Positions 61,801 through 64,000 of a stretch of 64,000 nt of DNA are shown in pieces. The notes beneath the pieces are model-generated. The model saw only the letters and a list, made by a program, of their open reading frames with translations. It did not search any database and had not been told where the DNA came from. Numbering within the stretch: the stretch's first letter is position 1; every line of letters begins with the position of its first letter. A program made the position numbers and the translations under genes. The stretch comes from Nemertoderma westbladi (lineage: Eukaryota; Animalia; Xenacoelomorpha), in assembly GCA_032718475.1 (NCBI GenBank), contig JAUCBJ010001674.1, forward strand, positions 21,368 to 85,367, given 5' to 3'.

Positions 61801-64000
61801 CTCCGTGTGAGGGGGGCCTTCAGAAACAAGTTGCTCCGTGTGAGGAGAAACAAGTTGCTCCGTGTGAGGAGAAACAAGTTGCTCCGTGTGAGGAGAAACA
61901 AGTTGCTCCGTGTGAGGAGAAACAAGTTGCTCCGTGTGAGGAGAAACAAGTTGCTCCGTGTGAGGAGAAACAAGTTGCTCCGTGTGAGGAGAAACAAGTT
62001 GCTCCGTGTGAGGAGAAACAAGTTGCTCCGTGTGAGGGGGGCCTTTCAGAAACAAGTTGCTCCGTGTGAGGAGAAACAAGTTGCTCCGTGTGAGGAGAAA
62101 CAAGTTGCTCCGTGTGAGGAGAAACAAGTTGCTCCGTGTGAGGAGAAACAAGTTGCTCCGTGTGAGGAGAAACAAGTTGCTCCGTGTGAGGAGAAACAAG
62201 TTGCTCCGTGTGAGGAGAAACAAGTTGCTCCGTGTGAGGAGAAACAAGTTGCTCCGTGTGAGGAGAAACAAGTGCTCCGTGTGAGGAGAAACAAGTTGCT
62301 CCGTGTGAGGGGGCCTTCAGAAACAAGTTGCTCCGTGTGAGGAGAAACAAGTTGCTCCGTGTGAGGAGAAACAAGTTGCTCCGTGTGAGGAGAAACAAGT
62401 TGCTCCGTGTGAGGAGAAACAAGTTGCTCCGTGTGAGGAGAAACAAGTTGCTCCGTGTGAGGAGAAACAAGTTGCTCCGTGTGAGGAGAAACAAGTTGCT
62501 CCGTGTGAGGAGAAACAAGTTGCTCCGTGTGAGGGGAAACAAGTTGCTCCGTGTGAGGAGAAACAAGTTGCTCCGTGTGAGGAGAAACAAGTTGCTCCGT
62601 GTGAGGGGGCCTTCAGAAACAAGTTGCTCCGTGTGAGGAGAAACAAGTTGCTCCGTGTGAGGAGAAACAAGTTGCTCCGTGTGAGGAGAAACAAGTTGCT
62701 CCGTGTGAGGAGAAACAAGTTGCTCCGTGTGAGGAGAAACAAGTTGCTCCGTGTGAGGAGAAACAAGTTGCTCCGTGTGAGGAGAAACAAGTTGCTCCGT
62801 GTGAGGAGAAACAAGTTGCTCCGTGTGAGGGGGCCTTTCAGAAACAAGTTGCTCCGTGTGAGGAGAAACAAGTTGCTCCGTGTGAGGAGAAACAAGTTGC
62901 TCCGTGTGAGGAGAAACAAGTTGCTCCGTGTGAGGAGAAACAAGTTGCTCCGTGTGAGGGGGCCTTCAGAAACAAGTTGCTCCGTGTGAGGAGAAACAAG
63001 TTGCTCCGTGTGAGGAGAAACAAGTTGCTCCGTGTGAGGGGGCCTTTCAGAAACAAGTTGCTCCGTGTGAGGAGAAACAAGTTGCTCCGTGTGAGGAGAA
63101 ACAAGTTGCTCCGTGTGAGGAGAAACAAGTTGCTCCGTGTGAGGAGAAACAAGTTGCTCCGTGTGAGGAGAAACAAGTTGCTCCGTGTGAGGAGAAACAA
63201 GTTGCTCCGTGTGAGGAGAAACAAGTTGCTCCGTGTGAGGAGAAACAAGTTGCTCCGTGTGAGGAGAAACAAGTTGCTCCGTGTGAGGGGAAACAAGTTG
63301 CTCCGTGTGAGGAGAAACAAGTTGCTCCGTGTGAGGAGAAACAAGTTGCTCCGTGTGAGGAGAAACAAGTTGCTCCGTGTGAGGAGAAACAAGTTGCTCC
63401 GTGTGAGGAGAAACAAGTTGCTCCGTGTGAGGAGAAACAAGTTGCTCCGTGTGAGGAGAAACAAGTTGCTCCGTGTGAGGAGAAACAAGTTGCTCCGTGT
63501 GAGGAGAAACAAGTTGCTCCGTGTGAGGAGAAACAAGTTGCTCCGTGTGAGGAGAAACAAGTTGCTCCGTGTGAGGAGAAACAAGTTGCTCCGTGTGAGG
63601 AGAAACAAGTTGCTCCGTGTGAGGAGAAACAAGTTGCTCCGTGTGAGGAGAAACAAGTTGCTCCGTGTGAGGAGAAACAAGTTGCTCCGTGTGAGGAGAA
63701 ACAAGTTGCTCCGTGTGAGGAGAAACAAGTTGCTCCGTGTGAGGAGAAACAAGTTGCTCCGTGTGAGGAGAAACAAGTTGCTCCGTGTGAGGAGAAACAA
63801 GTTGCTCCGTGTGAGGAGAAACAAGTTGCTCCGTGTGAGGAGAAACAAGTTGCTCCGTGTGAGGAGAAACAAGTTGCTCCGTGTGAGGAGAAACAAGTTG
63901 CTCCGTGTGAGGAGAAACAAGTTGCTCCGTGTGAGGAGAAACAAGTTGCTCCGTGTGAGGAGAAACAAGTTGCTCCGTGTGAGGAGAAACAAGTTGCTCC
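55867..64000. repeat. 24-bp satellite, unit GAAACAAGTTGCTCCGTGTGAGGA, with an interspersed about 34-bp variant ending GAGGGGGGCCTTTCA; runs off the right edge
   Basis: Period 24 seen directly; the unit is the reverse complement of the TIR at 55502-55530. Confidence 0.97.

Noticed and set aside
55537-63992. Many long ORFs (EEKQVAPC, RVRRNKLL, SHGATCFS repeats)
   Set aside because: Open in several frames on both strands because the 24-bp unit lacks stops; the unit derives from a transposon TIR.

Overview
Repeat-rich eukaryotic (probably invertebrate animal) genomic window. About half is tandem repeat: a 21-bp satellite (1-18.6 kb), a 19-bp array and a 39-bp array lying in introns, and a 24-bp array from 55.9 kb to the window end. 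The last three coding exons of a DLST gene (E2 subunit of 2-oxoglutarate dehydrogenase) lie on the minus strand at 19.1-25.5 kb; its upstream exons were not found in the window. Upstream of them is a nested stack of mobile elements: an L2-clade LINE, interrupted in its endonuclease by a very young non-autonomous BEL/Pao LTR element (Gag-protease only), which itself carries a hAT MITE. Next come three tandem, intronless copies of a divergent BAF (barrier-to-autointegration factor)-like gene with basic tails, then several MITEs and a LINE remnant. The most notable observations are: (1) the 39-bp array is an amplified DLST exon/donor junction (PIVNA|GTTAGT), which reads as about 95 back-to-back mini-intron-like units; (2) the LTR element has no tRNA-type PBS but a 12-nt PBS-position sequence complementary to its own LTR, suggesting Tf1-like self-priming; (3) the tailed BAF-like gene trio; (4) a satellite of more than 8 kb grown from a transposon terminal inverted repeat. 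All long low-complexity ORFs in the supplied track are artefacts of tandem repeats.
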